Shown here: in pieces, positions 40,321-49,809 of the stretch
How the letters are laid out: each line of letters begins with the position of its first letter
Numbering within the stretch: position 1 is the first letter of the stretch
From: Leptonemataceae bacterium
GTDB taxonomy: Bacteria > Spirochaetota > Leptospiria > Leptospirales > Leptonemataceae
Assembly (NCBI GenBank): GCA_965227295.1
Contig: OZ245742.1
Span: 3,520,001 to 3,584,000, forward strand
Direction of reading: 5' to 3'
Length of the DNA stretch: 64,000 nt
Translations under genes and position numbers: made by a program
Notes under the pieces: generated by a model
What the model was told of the DNA's origin: nothing
The model's input: only the letters and a program-made list of their open reading frames with translations
Databases searched by the model: none

Positions 40321-41097
40321 ATGGGCGGCGCACACGAAATAGAAGCAACGCTGGCCGAAGCCTTTCGCAACTATAAGACGATCGTACTGCGCTCGCGCCT
40401 GCTGCGTGATCGCGGCGAAGAAAAGCTCGAGATCATCGTCGATCGCCTGTTGCAGTTTCTGAATCGTCACGATCTGGCCGGTCCCATCTATGCCGCGGTG
40501 CGCGAGTTAGTGCAGAACGCATCCAAGGCGAATCTCAAACGCATCCTCTTTGAAGATCTGGGCGTGGATCCCGACGACGACTCGCGTTACCAGGAGGGCA
40601 TGCAGATCTTTCGGCGCCAGCTCATCCGAACGAAACTCAAGGGCTACGCCCCGCGCATCGTGGAGAAACGCCTCTACTTTAAGATTCGTTTCGAGTACAG
40701 CCCCGAGGTCATTGTCGCCACCGTGCGCAACCCCTTCGAACTCTACGAGGCCGAAGAAGCCCGCATCCGCCAGAAATTCGTGCAGGCCCGGGGCATCGAC
40801 AATCTCTACGACTTTTACTTAAAGCACGGCGATACCGTGGAGGGCGCGGGCATGGGCATTGCGATGGTGCTGATCCTGCTGAATCAGGCCGGCTTTGCGA
40901 GTCGCTGCCTCAGTATCTTTACGGACCGTCGAGCCGGCGAAACAGTCTCGCGAATGATTCTACCGCTCCGCGAAGATTATCGCCCGCCCCGCGAACGTTT
41001 CGTGGACGAACAGGAACGACGGGGAGTGACGGCCGAGGCGCTGCGTGATATGATGACCCGCGGCGAAGTGCGGATACCGATTTTCGAAAATCGCTGA
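40321..41097 (+). CDS. GHKL/HATPase-like protein without recognisable H-box
   Basis: N-box ELVQNASKAN and G-box EGAGMGI; paralogous to 62949-63665 and 63712-64000. Confidence 0.7.
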   Translation: MGGAHEIEATLAEAFRNYKTIVLRSRLLRDRGEEKLEIIVDRLLQFLNRHDLAGPIYAAVRELVQNASKANLKRILFEDLGVDPDDDSRYQEGMQIFRRQLIRTKLKGYAPRIVEKRLYFKIRFEYSPEVIVATVRNPFELYEAEEARIRQKFVQARGIDNLYDFYLKHGDTVEGAGMGIAMVLILLNQAGFASRCLSIFTDRRAGETVSRMILPLREDYRPPRERFVDEQERRGVTAEALRDMMTRGEVRIPIFENR

Positions 41098-41145
41098 AAT
41101 GCCGGGGAACCCGGGGAATATGGCAGGGCGGATTGTTAGCGAACC

Positions 41146-41312
41146 GCTCTTGAATTACCGGAAACGCTCAGGTTTTTTGCGCCCGCCCCGAATCGTGCAG
41201 TAAGTGGCGGCCATTGTACATTAAGGCTCTTATGGGTACAGCTGGTTCCAGCTAACGAGCGGAGGTCATGCCGGGGAATGTGGTAAGGCGCACCGGAACG
41301 GCGTCTTCGTCG
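41146..41312 (+). ncRNA. Candidate structured non-coding element, copy 1
   Basis: About 90% identical to 41477-41643; stems TGCGCC/GGCGCA, CCCCG/CGGGG, TGTAC/GTACA, TCC(A)GCT/AGCGGA. Confidence 0.5.
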
Positions 41313-41476
41313 CAAGATTCGCCTCGGTAGCTGAGTCGCACAATCAGCGTCCGGGTCGAACGCAGTATTCTCAGCAAAACGAAACTCCACAACTCCCGCT
41401 CAACTGTAGCAATAAAGCCCCCTTCACAATTCCGCGACTTGCTTCATGTGTCTCACGGCAAACGCTACGAGACACA

Positions 41477-41643
41477 GCTCTTGAACTACCGGAAACGCTC
41501 AGGTTGTTTGCGCCCGCCCCGAATCGTGAAGTAAGTGGCGGTCAGTGTACATTAAGGCTTTTATGGGTACGGCTGGTTCCAGGCGACGCCTGGAGGTTAT
41601 GCCGGGGGACGTGGTAAGGCGCACCGGAACGGCGTCTTCTTCG
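41477..41643 (+). ncRNA. Candidate structured non-coding element, copy 2
   Basis: Direct repeat at 331-bp offset; variable segment forms a perfect TCCAGGC/GCCTGGA hairpin. Confidence 0.5.
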
Positions 41644-41722
41644 TAAAGATCCAACTAGCGAATCCGCACCCCGGAGCCCCGCTCTATCCGTGAGGTGAGC
41701 CGTGGCCAACGGCTTAGAGGTT

Positions 41723-42124
41723 TTATTGCGGCGAAACGCGATTGAGCAATTGTTCAATGCCCGAGCGGTCGTCGATGAGGTCGTGGACGCGTTCGGCCAG
41801 CTTGCGTTCCAGGGGATAGACGTGTTTGCGCCGGGTGAGCATGCGCTCCAGGGTCTGGGTGATCATGTCGCGCTCATCAGCGCCCATGGCGTGGACCGTG
41901 GCCTTGAGTTCGCTGGAGTAGAGTTCCGCCTGGAACTCGTCCACGGGGGTTTCCAGTAGCTTGCGCACACGGCCGCACTCCGGCCCTTCCATGGAAAGCG
42001 AGGTGATCCAGTCTTCCAGGACCTGGCGATCCTCTTCCGTCGGTCGGTTGCCGTCGGCCCAAGCTTCAGCCAGCATCACTTTCAACAGAATTTCTTTGCG
42101 ACAATCTTCTTGCGTGAAGGACAT
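41723..42124 (-). CDS. TerB-like protein
   Basis: LLKVMLAEAWADG...EED..L pattern of TerB/DjlA N-terminal fold. Confidence 0.6.
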   Translation of the reverse strand: MSFTQEDCRKEILLKVMLAEAWADGNRPTEEDRQVLEDWITSLSMEGPECGRVRKLLETPVDEFQAELYSSELKATVHAMGADERDMITQTLERMLTRRKHVYPLERKLAERVHDLIDDRSGIEQLLNRVSPQ

Positions 42125-42242
42125 GATATTGCGTCTCGATACGCTTTCTTAACTAAAGCGATGAATGATACGGCGCGTAAACGAAAAAAAATTCGAACCG
42201 GGCCGACTTTTGTTAGATTTGCGTTCGGAGACTGTCACAGGT

Positions 42243-42629
42243 TTAATTGACGGCCTGGGGCGAGACAAGCTGAAATGTTTCAATGCGGGCGTCGAATTCT
42301 TCCCCGCTGTCCAGGACGATCATGCGGTACTCACCCTGCATGGTCCCGAATTCCGTGGGGAGCGGGCAGAAGCTCGTGTACTCAAACGACTGGCCGGGTT
42401 CCAGACGCGGTTGTTTGCCGACCACACCGGGGCCGCGGACCTCATCCACGCGTCCGTAGGCGTCTCGAATTTTCCAGTGCCGGCTTACCAGTTGCACGGC
42501 CTCGTCTCCCTCGTTGGTGATGGTCACTTCGTACGCGAAGAAGTACAGCGGCTGCACCGGATTCGAACGCTCCGGCACGTACCGCGGCTGCACCTGTACA
42601 CGCACTCCCCGGGTGATCGCGTTGGACAT
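42243..42629 (-). CDS. apaG: ApaG protein
   Basis: FAYEVTITN, QLVSRHW.I, GPGVVGKQP, GTMQGEY. Confidence 0.95.
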   Translation of the reverse strand: MSNAITRGVRVQVQPRYVPERSNPVQPLYFFAYEVTITNEGDEAVQLVSRHWKIRDAYGRVDEVRGPGVVGKQPRLEPGQSFEYTSFCPLPTEFGTMQGEYRMIVLDSGEEFDARIETFQLVSPQAVN

Positions 42630-42680
42630 GATGGAACACAGACATGTCGCCCCGACTCAAGCAAGCATATTTTCCGGGCC

Positions 42681-43580
42681 TCAGAGGAAGTCCCGGGCCG
42701 TGCGGTGCAGAATGCTGTGTCGCCGGGCCAGGGCGTCCAGATCCTTGCTGTAGCCGCCGCCGATGACACAGGCGCAGGGAATGTTGCGACCACGCACGCT
42801 TTCCAGAATCAGCGTATCGCGCCGTCGCAAACCTGCATCCGAGAGCGCGAGTTTGCCCAGGATGTCCTCCGCATGTGGGTCGGCGCCGGCGTCGTAGAGG
42901 ACCAGGTCCGGTGCAAAGTCTGCCAGAGCCGGCAGGAGAGTCTCGCTCAGGCGTTCCAAATACACGTCGTCGCCCGTGCCTTCATCGAGACCGACGTCCA
43001 GATCGCTTCGCTCTTTCTGGCCGGGAAAGTTTTTTTCGCAGTGCATCGAGTAGGTGAACACCATCGCTTCGTTGCGAAAGATGTGTGCCGTGCCGTCGCC
43101 CTGATGGACGTCCAGGTCGATGATCATCACCTTCAGTTGGGGCCGTTCCGCGCGCAGTACGCCCGCCGCCGCCGCGAGATCATTAAAAATGCAAAAGCCC
43201 GAACCGTACGCCGGAAACGCGTGATGTGTCCCGCCCGCGGTATTACACGCGAGACCGTACTCCAGGGCAAGGCGTGCCGTAAGCAACGTACCGCCTACGG
43301 CAATGCGCGAACGCAGGGCCAGCTCTTCGGACCACGGCAACCCGATGCGACGCATGGCCTTCGCATCCAGCCGGCCCGCGAGAAACTCGCCGACGTACTC
43401 CGGTGTGTGGACCGTCTCCAGAAATTCCAGCGGCGGCAGCTCCGGTTCCTGAAAGTCCTTCGCTGATGCGATGCCGTCGGCGACGAGCAGTTCGTAGAGC
43501 CGGCGGAACTTGCCCATGGGAAAGCGATGGGCGGACGGCAGTTCGGTATGATAGTGACGGTGATGGACGAGCGGAAACAT
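42681..43580 (-). CDS. Histone deacetylase family protein
   Basis: HRFPMGKF, GGTHHA, GFCIFND, DLDVHQGDG, GGGY. Confidence 0.93.
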   Translation of the reverse strand: MFPLVHHRHYHTELPSAHRFPMGKFRRLYELLVADGIASAKDFQEPELPPLEFLETVHTPEYVGEFLAGRLDAKAMRRIGLPWSEELALRSRIAVGGTLLTARLALEYGLACNTAGGTHHAFPAYGSGFCIFNDLAAAAGVLRAERPQLKVMIIDLDVHQGDGTAHIFRNEAMVFTYSMHCEKNFPGQKERSDLDVGLDEGTGDDVYLERLSETLLPALADFAPDLVLYDAGADPHAEDILGKLALSDAGLRRRDTLILESVRGRNIPCACVIGGGYSKDLDALARRHSILHRTARDFL

Positions 43581-43592
43581 GGAAGCGTGAGT

Positions 43593-44348
43593 TTATGCGC
43601 GCGTACGGTACCAGTAACGATAGAGTTCGCGATAGCCGAGCTCTTCATATAGACGGAGCGCCGCCGCGTTCGAAACCTCTGCGCTTAAGTACGCATGAGT
43701 GATGCCGTAGCCGCGGGCCCAATCATGTAAAAGATAGATCAGCCGCCGGCCGAAACCCCGGCGACGGAACTCAGGCAGCACGGCGACCTCGTAGATGCCC
43801 ATGCAGTGTTGTTGTAGTACGCCCAGGGCGGAACCGACGGGGCGGCCGTTGTGACGCAAAAGCACGTAGCAGGTGCGCGTGACGATGTTCTGCAAGATTG
43901 CCGCCAGGAACTGAGTTTGTTCGGGACTCAGCCCGCGGATGAGCGCGCTTTCACTCAGGAATGCCTCGGAAAGATTCTCGGCGAGCAGGGCCTCGCCGGG
44001 TTCCTCCACCGCTCGTTCGGGGAACAGCGAGCGCACGCGATCCAGTTCTACGACCTGGACCGAGGTCTCGCCCTCGCGGCTGTAGCCGCCCTGTTCCAGG
44101 AGAGCATCCAGGCGAGCTGGATGGACCAGCGGGCTGATCTTGAAGATGCAGGGCAGGGCCCGGGAACGATAGATGGCCTCGCAGAGCTCGATCTTCGCCC
44201 CGGCGGCCGTTTCCCCGCCGTAGAGGGGTTGGACGCTGTTCGAGCGCCTCGTGAAACCGCCGGAAAAACGCAGGGTCCAGCCGTCGACCAGCATGGTCTG
44301 CAGGGCCGGCCAGGCGTTCAGGGACATTTCTTCGATCAGGCGAATCAT
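43593..44348 (-). CDS. GNAT family N-acetyltransferase
   Basis: GFTRRSNS N-terminal motif; V.PEFRRRGFG, N.AALRLYEELGY. Confidence 0.9.
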   Translation of the reverse strand: MIRLIEEMSLNAWPALQTMLVDGWTLRFSGGFTRRSNSVQPLYGGETAAGAKIELCEAIYRSRALPCIFKISPLVHPARLDALLEQGGYSREGETSVQVVELDRVRSLFPERAVEEPGEALLAENLSEAFLSESALIRGLSPEQTQFLAAILQNIVTRTCYVLLRHNGRPVGSALGVLQQHCMGIYEVAVLPEFRRRGFGRRLIYLLHDWARGYGITHAYLSAEVSNAAALRLYEELGYRELYRYWYRTRA

Positions 44349-44430
44349 CCGATAATAACAGAAGCGCAGAGGGCGGGAATCGACAATTCTTTGTTGAAGT
44401 CCCTGGATTTGCGGCTAAATTTGGAAGCGT

Positions 44431-46398
44431 ATGGATCGGCTCAAGGCCCTCTTAATTGAATCAGAGAAGGCGAACACCGAGGTCGTCAAGGACAAGGTCG
44501 AGGTGATCGGGCTGACCATCGCGTCGTGCCTGAACCGCGCCTCCGCCTATCTTCAGGCCGATCTTTCCCAGCTCGACTACGACATCCTTGAGCGCGGCAA
44601 GAAATCATTCTTCAACCCCGTCCCGTACCGCATCCAGGTTTCCATCCTGCCCGAGCAGAACCCCTTCGCCGATCTCGAAGAGTTCTCCATGAAAATCGGC
44701 GCCGGGGATCGTCTGCTCAGCGACGAACTGGACCAGTACGTGCAACCGAAGCACCGCGACGGCAGCGTGCTCGTACGCATCTACCGCACCGGTGTCTTCA
44801 TGAAAGTCGCACCGCCGCTCGGCGACGGCAAGCCCGTGGACATCAACCAGGCGCTCACCGCGGTTCAGCGCGCCGGCGTGCCGAACTTCGAACAGGCGAA
44901 GATCGAGGAGGTCGTGAAAGACGCGGACGATCAAATGATCAAGATCGCGAATTACATTCCGCGCCCCGATCACGATTCCAGCGTTAAGGTCGATATTACC
45001 CCCGACGAAATGAAGGCCTACATCAAAGTCACGCCGCCGAAGCCCGGCGGTCGCCACCTGGAAGTCGTCGACGTAACCACGGCTCTGAAGGCCCACGGTG
45101 TCGTTCTGGGATTTCAGGAAGAAGAGATCGAAAAGGCCCTGCTCGAAGACCGTTACATGCAGGAGATCGTCGCCGCCGAGGGCGTGCCGGCGAAACACGG
45201 CCAGGACGCGCGCATCGACTACAAAGTTAACATCAAGAAAGACAACGTTCATTTCGAGGAAGACTCGAAGGGCCGGGTGGACTACAAAGAAATGAACATG
45301 GTCGAAAACGTCGTCGTCGGCCAGATCCTCGCGGAAAAGTTACCGGCAACGAACGGTCAGGCCGGCAAGACCATCTTCAATCGCATCGTCGAGGCCCGGG
45401 ACGGCAAGGACGTGGAGTTGCGCCAGGGACGCGGCACCATTCTTTCCGACGACGGCAACAAACTCATCGCCGAGATCAACGGCCAGGTGGTCTTCTCGAA
45501 CAACCGGATTGCCGTGGAACCGGTCTATCGCGTCGTCGGCGATGTCGGCCCGAAAACCGGCAACATCATGTTCCTGGGCTCCGTAGTGATCGGCGGCAAC
45601 GTGCTGGACAACTACGAGGTGAAGGCCGCGGGCAACGTCGAGGTCGGTGGCGTCGTGCAGAAGGCGAAGATCGAAGCCGAGGGCGACATCATCATTCGCG
45701 GCGGCGTGCAGGGCGCGACCCTGGAAAGTACCGGCGGCTCGTTGTTTGCGAAGTTCGTGCAGAACGCCGAGATCAGCGTGGCCACCGACGTAACCGTCGG
45801 TGAGGGCATCTTACACTCGAACGTCGAGGCGGGCCAGTCCATCCACTGCAACGGTCGGCGCGCGCAGATCGTCGGTGGCAACATTCGCGCCACCCGGGAA
45901 ATCCGCGCACGAATGATCGGTTCCCAGGCGTATACGCCCACGGAGATCGTGGTCGGCACGGACCCGCGCGTGCTTTCTCAGTACGAAGAGTTGGGCGCCA
46001 TGTTCAAAGAGACCGAGGAAAAACTCGGCAAGTCGAAGAAAACTCTCGCGACTCTCCAGGCCCGCAGAGACGCCGACCCGGACGGCTTCGGCGAGGATCA
46101 ACAACAGACGCTCACGAAAACCGAGAGCACGGTTAAGAAACTCGAAAAGAAACTTACTGAAACCCAGGAAGAAGTCACGAAGCTCGAAGAGTACATGAAC
46201 GAACTCGGCGCCGAAGGCAAAGTTCACGCCGAACGCGAACTGTTCCCGGGTGTTACGGTCACGATCAAAGACGCGAACCAGAACATCGCCGACACCTACA
46301 ACTCGGTCTCGCTCGAATACGACAACGGCTACGTGAAGATCGGCAAGCTGGAGAAAGCGGAGACGCAAGACGGGCGCTCGTGGCGCAATCGGAGATGA
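44431..46398 (+). CDS. FapA/DUF342 family protein with Jag-like N-terminus
   Basis: GRVDYKE, GDVGPKTGNIMFLGSV, beta-helix repeats, LFPGVTV. Confidence 0.88.
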   Translation: MDRLKALLIESEKANTEVVKDKVEVIGLTIASCLNRASAYLQADLSQLDYDILERGKKSFFNPVPYRIQVSILPEQNPFADLEEFSMKIGAGDRLLSDELDQYVQPKHRDGSVLVRIYRTGVFMKVAPPLGDGKPVDINQALTAVQRAGVPNFEQAKIEEVVKDADDQMIKIANYIPRPDHDSSVKVDITPDEMKAYIKVTPPKPGGRHLEVVDVTTALKAHGVVLGFQEEEIEKALLEDRYMQEIVAAEGVPAKHGQDARIDYKVNIKKDNVHFEEDSKGRVDYKEMNMVENVVVGQILAEKLPATNGQAGKTIFNRIVEARDGKDVELRQGRGTILSDDGNKLIAEINGQVVFSNNRIAVEPVYRVVGDVGPKTGNIMFLGSVVIGGNVLDNYEVKAAGNVEVGGVVQKAKIEAEGDIIIRGGVQGATLESTGGSLFAKFVQNAEISVATDVTVGEGILHSNVEAGQSIHCNGRRAQIVGGNIRATREIRARMIGSQAYTPTEIVVGTDPRVLSQYEELGAMFKETEEKLGKSKKTLATLQARRDADPDGFGEDQQQTLTKTESTVKKLEKKLTETQEEVTKLEEYMNELGAEGKVHAERELFPGVTVTIKDANQNIADTYNSVSLEYDNGYVKIGKLEKAETQDGRSWRNRR

Positions 46399-46450
46399 TT
46401 CACAGAAAAAAACCGCTTGAACCGCGGCGCATTTCCGCTACAATTTCAAC

Positions 46451-46837
46451 ATGATCCGGCCCGTGGACATGCAGGTGGCGCTGAACGCGCTGCCGGATCA
46501 GGGAGCCCGCGTTCTGCAGGAGAGCGCGGCCACGCAGTACCGCCAGGTGCAGAATCTTGGTGCGTCCCGGGACGAGAATCTGAATCGGCCCACCCGGGTC
46601 ACCGAAAACGCCGAGAGCTACGCCGCCACGTTCCGCGGCGTGGAACAGTCCGGCGAATCGGCGCGGCGGGATGAGGTGCGCGAGCGGGTCCGCCGCCGAA
46701 ACGACGAGCGCGATCAAACCGGCGCCGCCGAAACGGCCCTGAGCGAAATCACCTACGAACCGGTGTCCCTGCACGGCCCGTCCCGGCGCATCTACTCCGA
46801 AGATGGGGCCGGTCGCAGCCTCGATTTCATTGCCTGA
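46451..46837 (+). CDS. Hypothetical protein in flagellar-associated cluster
   Basis: MIRPVDMQV N-terminus and G..LD C-terminus, directly after the FapA gene. Confidence 0.7.
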   Translation: MIRPVDMQVALNALPDQGARVLQESAATQYRQVQNLGASRDENLNRPTRVTENAESYAATFRGVEQSGESARRDEVRERVRRRNDERDQTGAAETALSEITYEPVSLHGPSRRIYSEDGAGRSLDFIA

Positions 46838-46942
46838 GATCTGGCCGTCCTGCTGCCATGTGTGGCCTCCTGGTCATCCGCATTGCGAATTCCGAACGTA
46901 TTATAGTAGACATAATGCGGTCGACGGGTCTCTTCTGACAGG

Positions 46943-48106
46943 ATGGATCTCCTCGCCCTGGCGCTTGTCAACGTCGTGACCGCGGGCGCCATGTACGTCT
47001 TTTTTTCCCTGCGCTTTACCCGGGCCGTCGAGCAGGCCCGGAAGAACTCGGTCGTCAAAGATCTCAAAGAGAACGTCGAGCTGACCATTGAGTTCATCAA
47101 CGCGTCGCTGGATCTCATGGATCAAAAGAACCGTTCGTTCTACCAGATGCTCCGGCGGGCGGAGGACCTGACGAAGCAGTGGGACGAGGTGCTGGAATCC
47201 GGCGCTGCCCCGGCGAAGCCACGCGGTTCGAAAAAGAAAAGCGCGAAAAAGGCGGCGAAGAAGACCGCTGTGAAGTCTAAAGCCCCGCCGCCCACCGTGC
47301 GGGCCGAATCCATCACCGACGCAGAACTCCCGGAACGAGGAATCCCCCACGATATTCCGGACGATGACTTCGACGAAGAGGCCGTCGCCGGCCGGGGTGG
47401 CTACAATGTCGAGGGCGTGCTCGCCGGTCTGGGGGAGGATCAATTGGACATCAGTCCGTCGCCGGCTTCGAGTGTCGACGCCTACCGGAGCGGAGAGGCA
47501 TCCCGGCCGCGCTCGGCAGTTCCGGGAGACCGTTACGATTGGAGCCGGACTGCCGCGGACGGCCCGGCCCCCGGCGAAGACGGGGCGTTGCTCGGCCGTC
47601 TCGGCGGATTCGTCCGCCGCATGTTCGGTTTGCCCCAAATGGACACGGGGGCCCGGCCGGCTCCGGCCGCAGAACCACGGACCCGACGCCTTCCAGCGGA
47701 GCGTCCCCCGGCGCGATTCACGATTCCCGAACTCCCGCCGGAGGTCGAGGAACCGCCGGCCCCGCGTTTGCCGCGTCTGGACCGCCTGGAGCTGGAACCG
47801 GTCCGGCCCGAAAGTCCGGAAGAACGTCTGACCTACGGCCCGGGGGAGACGGCCAGTCCCGCTTTCAGCGGTCAGCCGGAATCCTGGTTGAATCCCGGAG
47901 AACTCTCCGACAGGCTGCAAAAACAGGGGGCGAAGAAGAGCGACGTCGCCCGCACGCTGCTGAACTACGGTTATCGTGTGGAAGAAATCCAGGCGGCCAC
48001 CGGTCTCTCCCGTCCGGAGATAGAGCTGGTCGCCTCGCTGCCGGCCGGGGGGCCCAGGCCGCGGAAGCATCGCCTCGCCGGCAACGAACGTGTATCGGGA
48101 GATTAA
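46943..48106 (+). CDS. Membrane-anchored protein with coiled coil, Pro-rich linker and C-terminal HTH-like motif
   Basis: N-terminal TM; GYRVEEIQAATGLSRPEIELV. Confidence 0.7.
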   Translation: MDLLALALVNVVTAGAMYVFFSLRFTRAVEQARKNSVVKDLKENVELTIEFINASLDLMDQKNRSFYQMLRRAEDLTKQWDEVLESGAAPAKPRGSKKKSAKKAAKKTAVKSKAPPPTVRAESITDAELPERGIPHDIPDDDFDEEAVAGRGGYNVEGVLAGLGEDQLDISPSPASSVDAYRSGEASRPRSAVPGDRYDWSRTAADGPAPGEDGALLGRLGGFVRRMFGLPQMDTGARPAPAAEPRTRRLPAERPPARFTIPELPPEVEEPPAPRLPRLDRLELEPVRPESPEERLTYGPGETASPAFSGQPESWLNPGELSDRLQKQGAKKSDVARTLLNYGYRVEEIQAATGLSRPEIELVASLPAGGPRPRKHRLAGNERVSGD

Positions 48107-48935
48107 AGACCTCAGTCCGGAGCAATTCGAGCGTTTCGCCCGACTGGTCCGCGAACGTACGAGTATCAACCTCAAAGAACACAAGATCACGTTGCTGTCG
48201 AATCGGCTGCGCAAACGCCTCCGTGAACTCGACCTCGACGACTTCGACGCCTACTACGAACTGCTGACCGGCTCCGATGCCGGGGACGAGAACATTCGTT
48301 TTCTCGAAGCGGTCACCACCAACGAGACGTACTTCTGGCGGACCACGCACAACTTCGCCATGCTGCGCGAAGAGATCCTCCCGGATCTGCTCAAACGTTT
48401 TCCCGGCGAAACCTTAAAGTTCTGGTCCGCCGGCTGTTCCAGCGGAGAGGAGCCGTACAACCTGGCCATTGAGCTGACCGAGGGCATGAAGAGTGCCGGG
48501 GTGTTTCCGTTTCACATCCTCGCCACGGACATCTCCCGGCACATGGTGGAGTTCGCCAGAGTCGCGCGTTACCACGGTCGCAAGATTGAAAAGGTCCCGC
48601 CGGTCATCCTGAACCGTTACTTCCGGCCCGCGGAGAGAGACGGCTACTTCGTGGTGCGGGACGATCTCAAAGAGAAGATCGACTTTCAGGTGGAGAATCT
48701 TTTTCAGCCCTCGGCGAAGGACCTGCATTGCATCTTCTGTCGGAACGTAATGATTTACTTTGATCGCGCCGATCAGGAAAAACTCGTGGCGAGTTTCTTC
48801 CAGGCGCTGAAGCCCGGCGGTTATCTGGTGGTCGGGCATTCGGAAAGTCTCTTTATGATGAACACGGAATTCGAATTCAAGCATTTCGAACACGGGGTTG
48901 CGTACCACAAGACCGCGGGAGCCGGTGATGCTTGA
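48090..48935 (+). CDS. cheR: Chemotaxis protein methyltransferase
   Basis: TTNETYFWR, WSAGCSSGEEPY, ATDIS, IFCRNVMIYF, GHSESL. Confidence 0.95.
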   Translation: MYREIKDLSPEQFERFARLVRERTSINLKEHKITLLSNRLRKRLRELDLDDFDAYYELLTGSDAGDENIRFLEAVTTNETYFWRTTHNFAMLREEILPDLLKRFPGETLKFWSAGCSSGEEPYNLAIELTEGMKSAGVFPFHILATDISRHMVEFARVARYHGRKIEKVPPVILNRYFRPAERDGYFVVRDDLKEKIDFQVENLFQPSAKDLHCIFCRNVMIYFDRADQEKLVASFFQALKPGGYLVVGHSESLFMMNTEFEFKHFEHGVAYHKTAGAGDA

Positions 48936-49809
48936 GAGCATGACCGGCACCGCCGCCCTCAGCTTTCGGGCCTGCGGCATTCCGTTCTCCGTGTGGATGC
49001 GTTCGTTGAACCATCGCTTTTTCGAAGTCGTTCTGCGCTGTCCGCCGGTGCTGCATTCCTTCGAAGGAGATCTGGAAGAACTGGTGCGCTCTCGTTTTCG
49101 CCGCGGTCGCGTGGAGATCGAGGTCAGCTCCGGCGATCCCGGGAGCTTTCGGCGACTGCATTTCAACCGCGCGCTGGCCCAGCACTATCTCGACTTCTGC
49201 CGCGATCTCACCGGGGATCGCAATCCGGCCGTGCGTGCCGAGGCCATGCAGGTTCTCGCTTTGCCCGGCGTCGTGGACATTCGCCAGGAACTTCCGGAAG
49301 GCTTTCGCATCGAGGAGTTCGAAAAAAAATTTGCGAACGCTCTCGATCGTCTCAAGAAAACCCGGCGCCGGGAGGGCAAGGCCATCGAGGGCATCCTGCG
49401 CGGCTACATCGGTAGCATCGAAGCGGCGAACAAGGACATCCGCAAACGCCACGGTACATACCGCAAAGAAAAGCTGGAGAACCTCCGCAAAGAACTGCGT
49501 GTTTCGAAGACGACGAGCGGCAACGGCGAGGGCGCAGGCGATCCCTTAAAGTACGCCGTAGACTGGATTGACCGGCACGACATCAGCGAGGAACTGGAAC
49601 GGATCGGTCTGCATGCGAATGCTGTGCGGGGCTTGATTTCCGGCAAGGACGAAGAGGCCGGCAAACAGATCGAGTTTTATTCCCAGGAACTGCTGCGGGA
49701 GGCGAACACCATCGCTTCGAAGTCCCGGGACTTCGAGATCCGCCGCCTGGCCGTCGAAATGAAAACGCAGATCGAAAACATCAAGGAGCAGATTCGCAAC
49801 GTATGTTGA
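48928..49809 (+). CDS. yicC: YicC/YloC family endoribonuclease
   Basis: SMTG, RSLNHRF, RGRVE, DISEELER, QELLREANTIASK, KEQIRNV; upstream of gmk. Confidence 0.85.
   Translation: MLESMTGTAALSFRACGIPFSVWMRSLNHRFFEVVLRCPPVLHSFEGDLEELVRSRFRRGRVEIEVSSGDPGSFRRLHFNRALAQHYLDFCRDLTGDRNPAVRAEAMQVLALPGVVDIRQELPEGFRIEEFEKKFANALDRLKKTRRREGKAIEGILRGYIGSIEAANKDIRKRHGTYRKEKLENLRKELRVSKTTSGNGEGAGDPLKYAVDWIDRHDISEELERIGLHANAVRGLISGKDEEAGKQIEFYSQELLREANTIASKSRDFEIRRLAVEMKTQIENIKEQIRNVC

Noticed and set aside
41157..41292. Resemblance of the repeat to glycine riboswitch (GGAAACGCTCAGG, AAGGCGCA), c-di-AMP riboswitch (CCGAATC, CAGCTAAC) or 5S rRNA (CCGAA, TGGCGGCCAT)
   Set aside because: Fragments are in the wrong order or present in only one copy, other core motifs are missing, and no gene lies downstream on that strand.
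41136..41757. Minus-strand ORFs sharing LRRRRRSGAPYH across the duplicated element
   Set aside because: Differences are mostly non-synonymous, one copy has an early stop and the starts are unrelated; not under coding selection.
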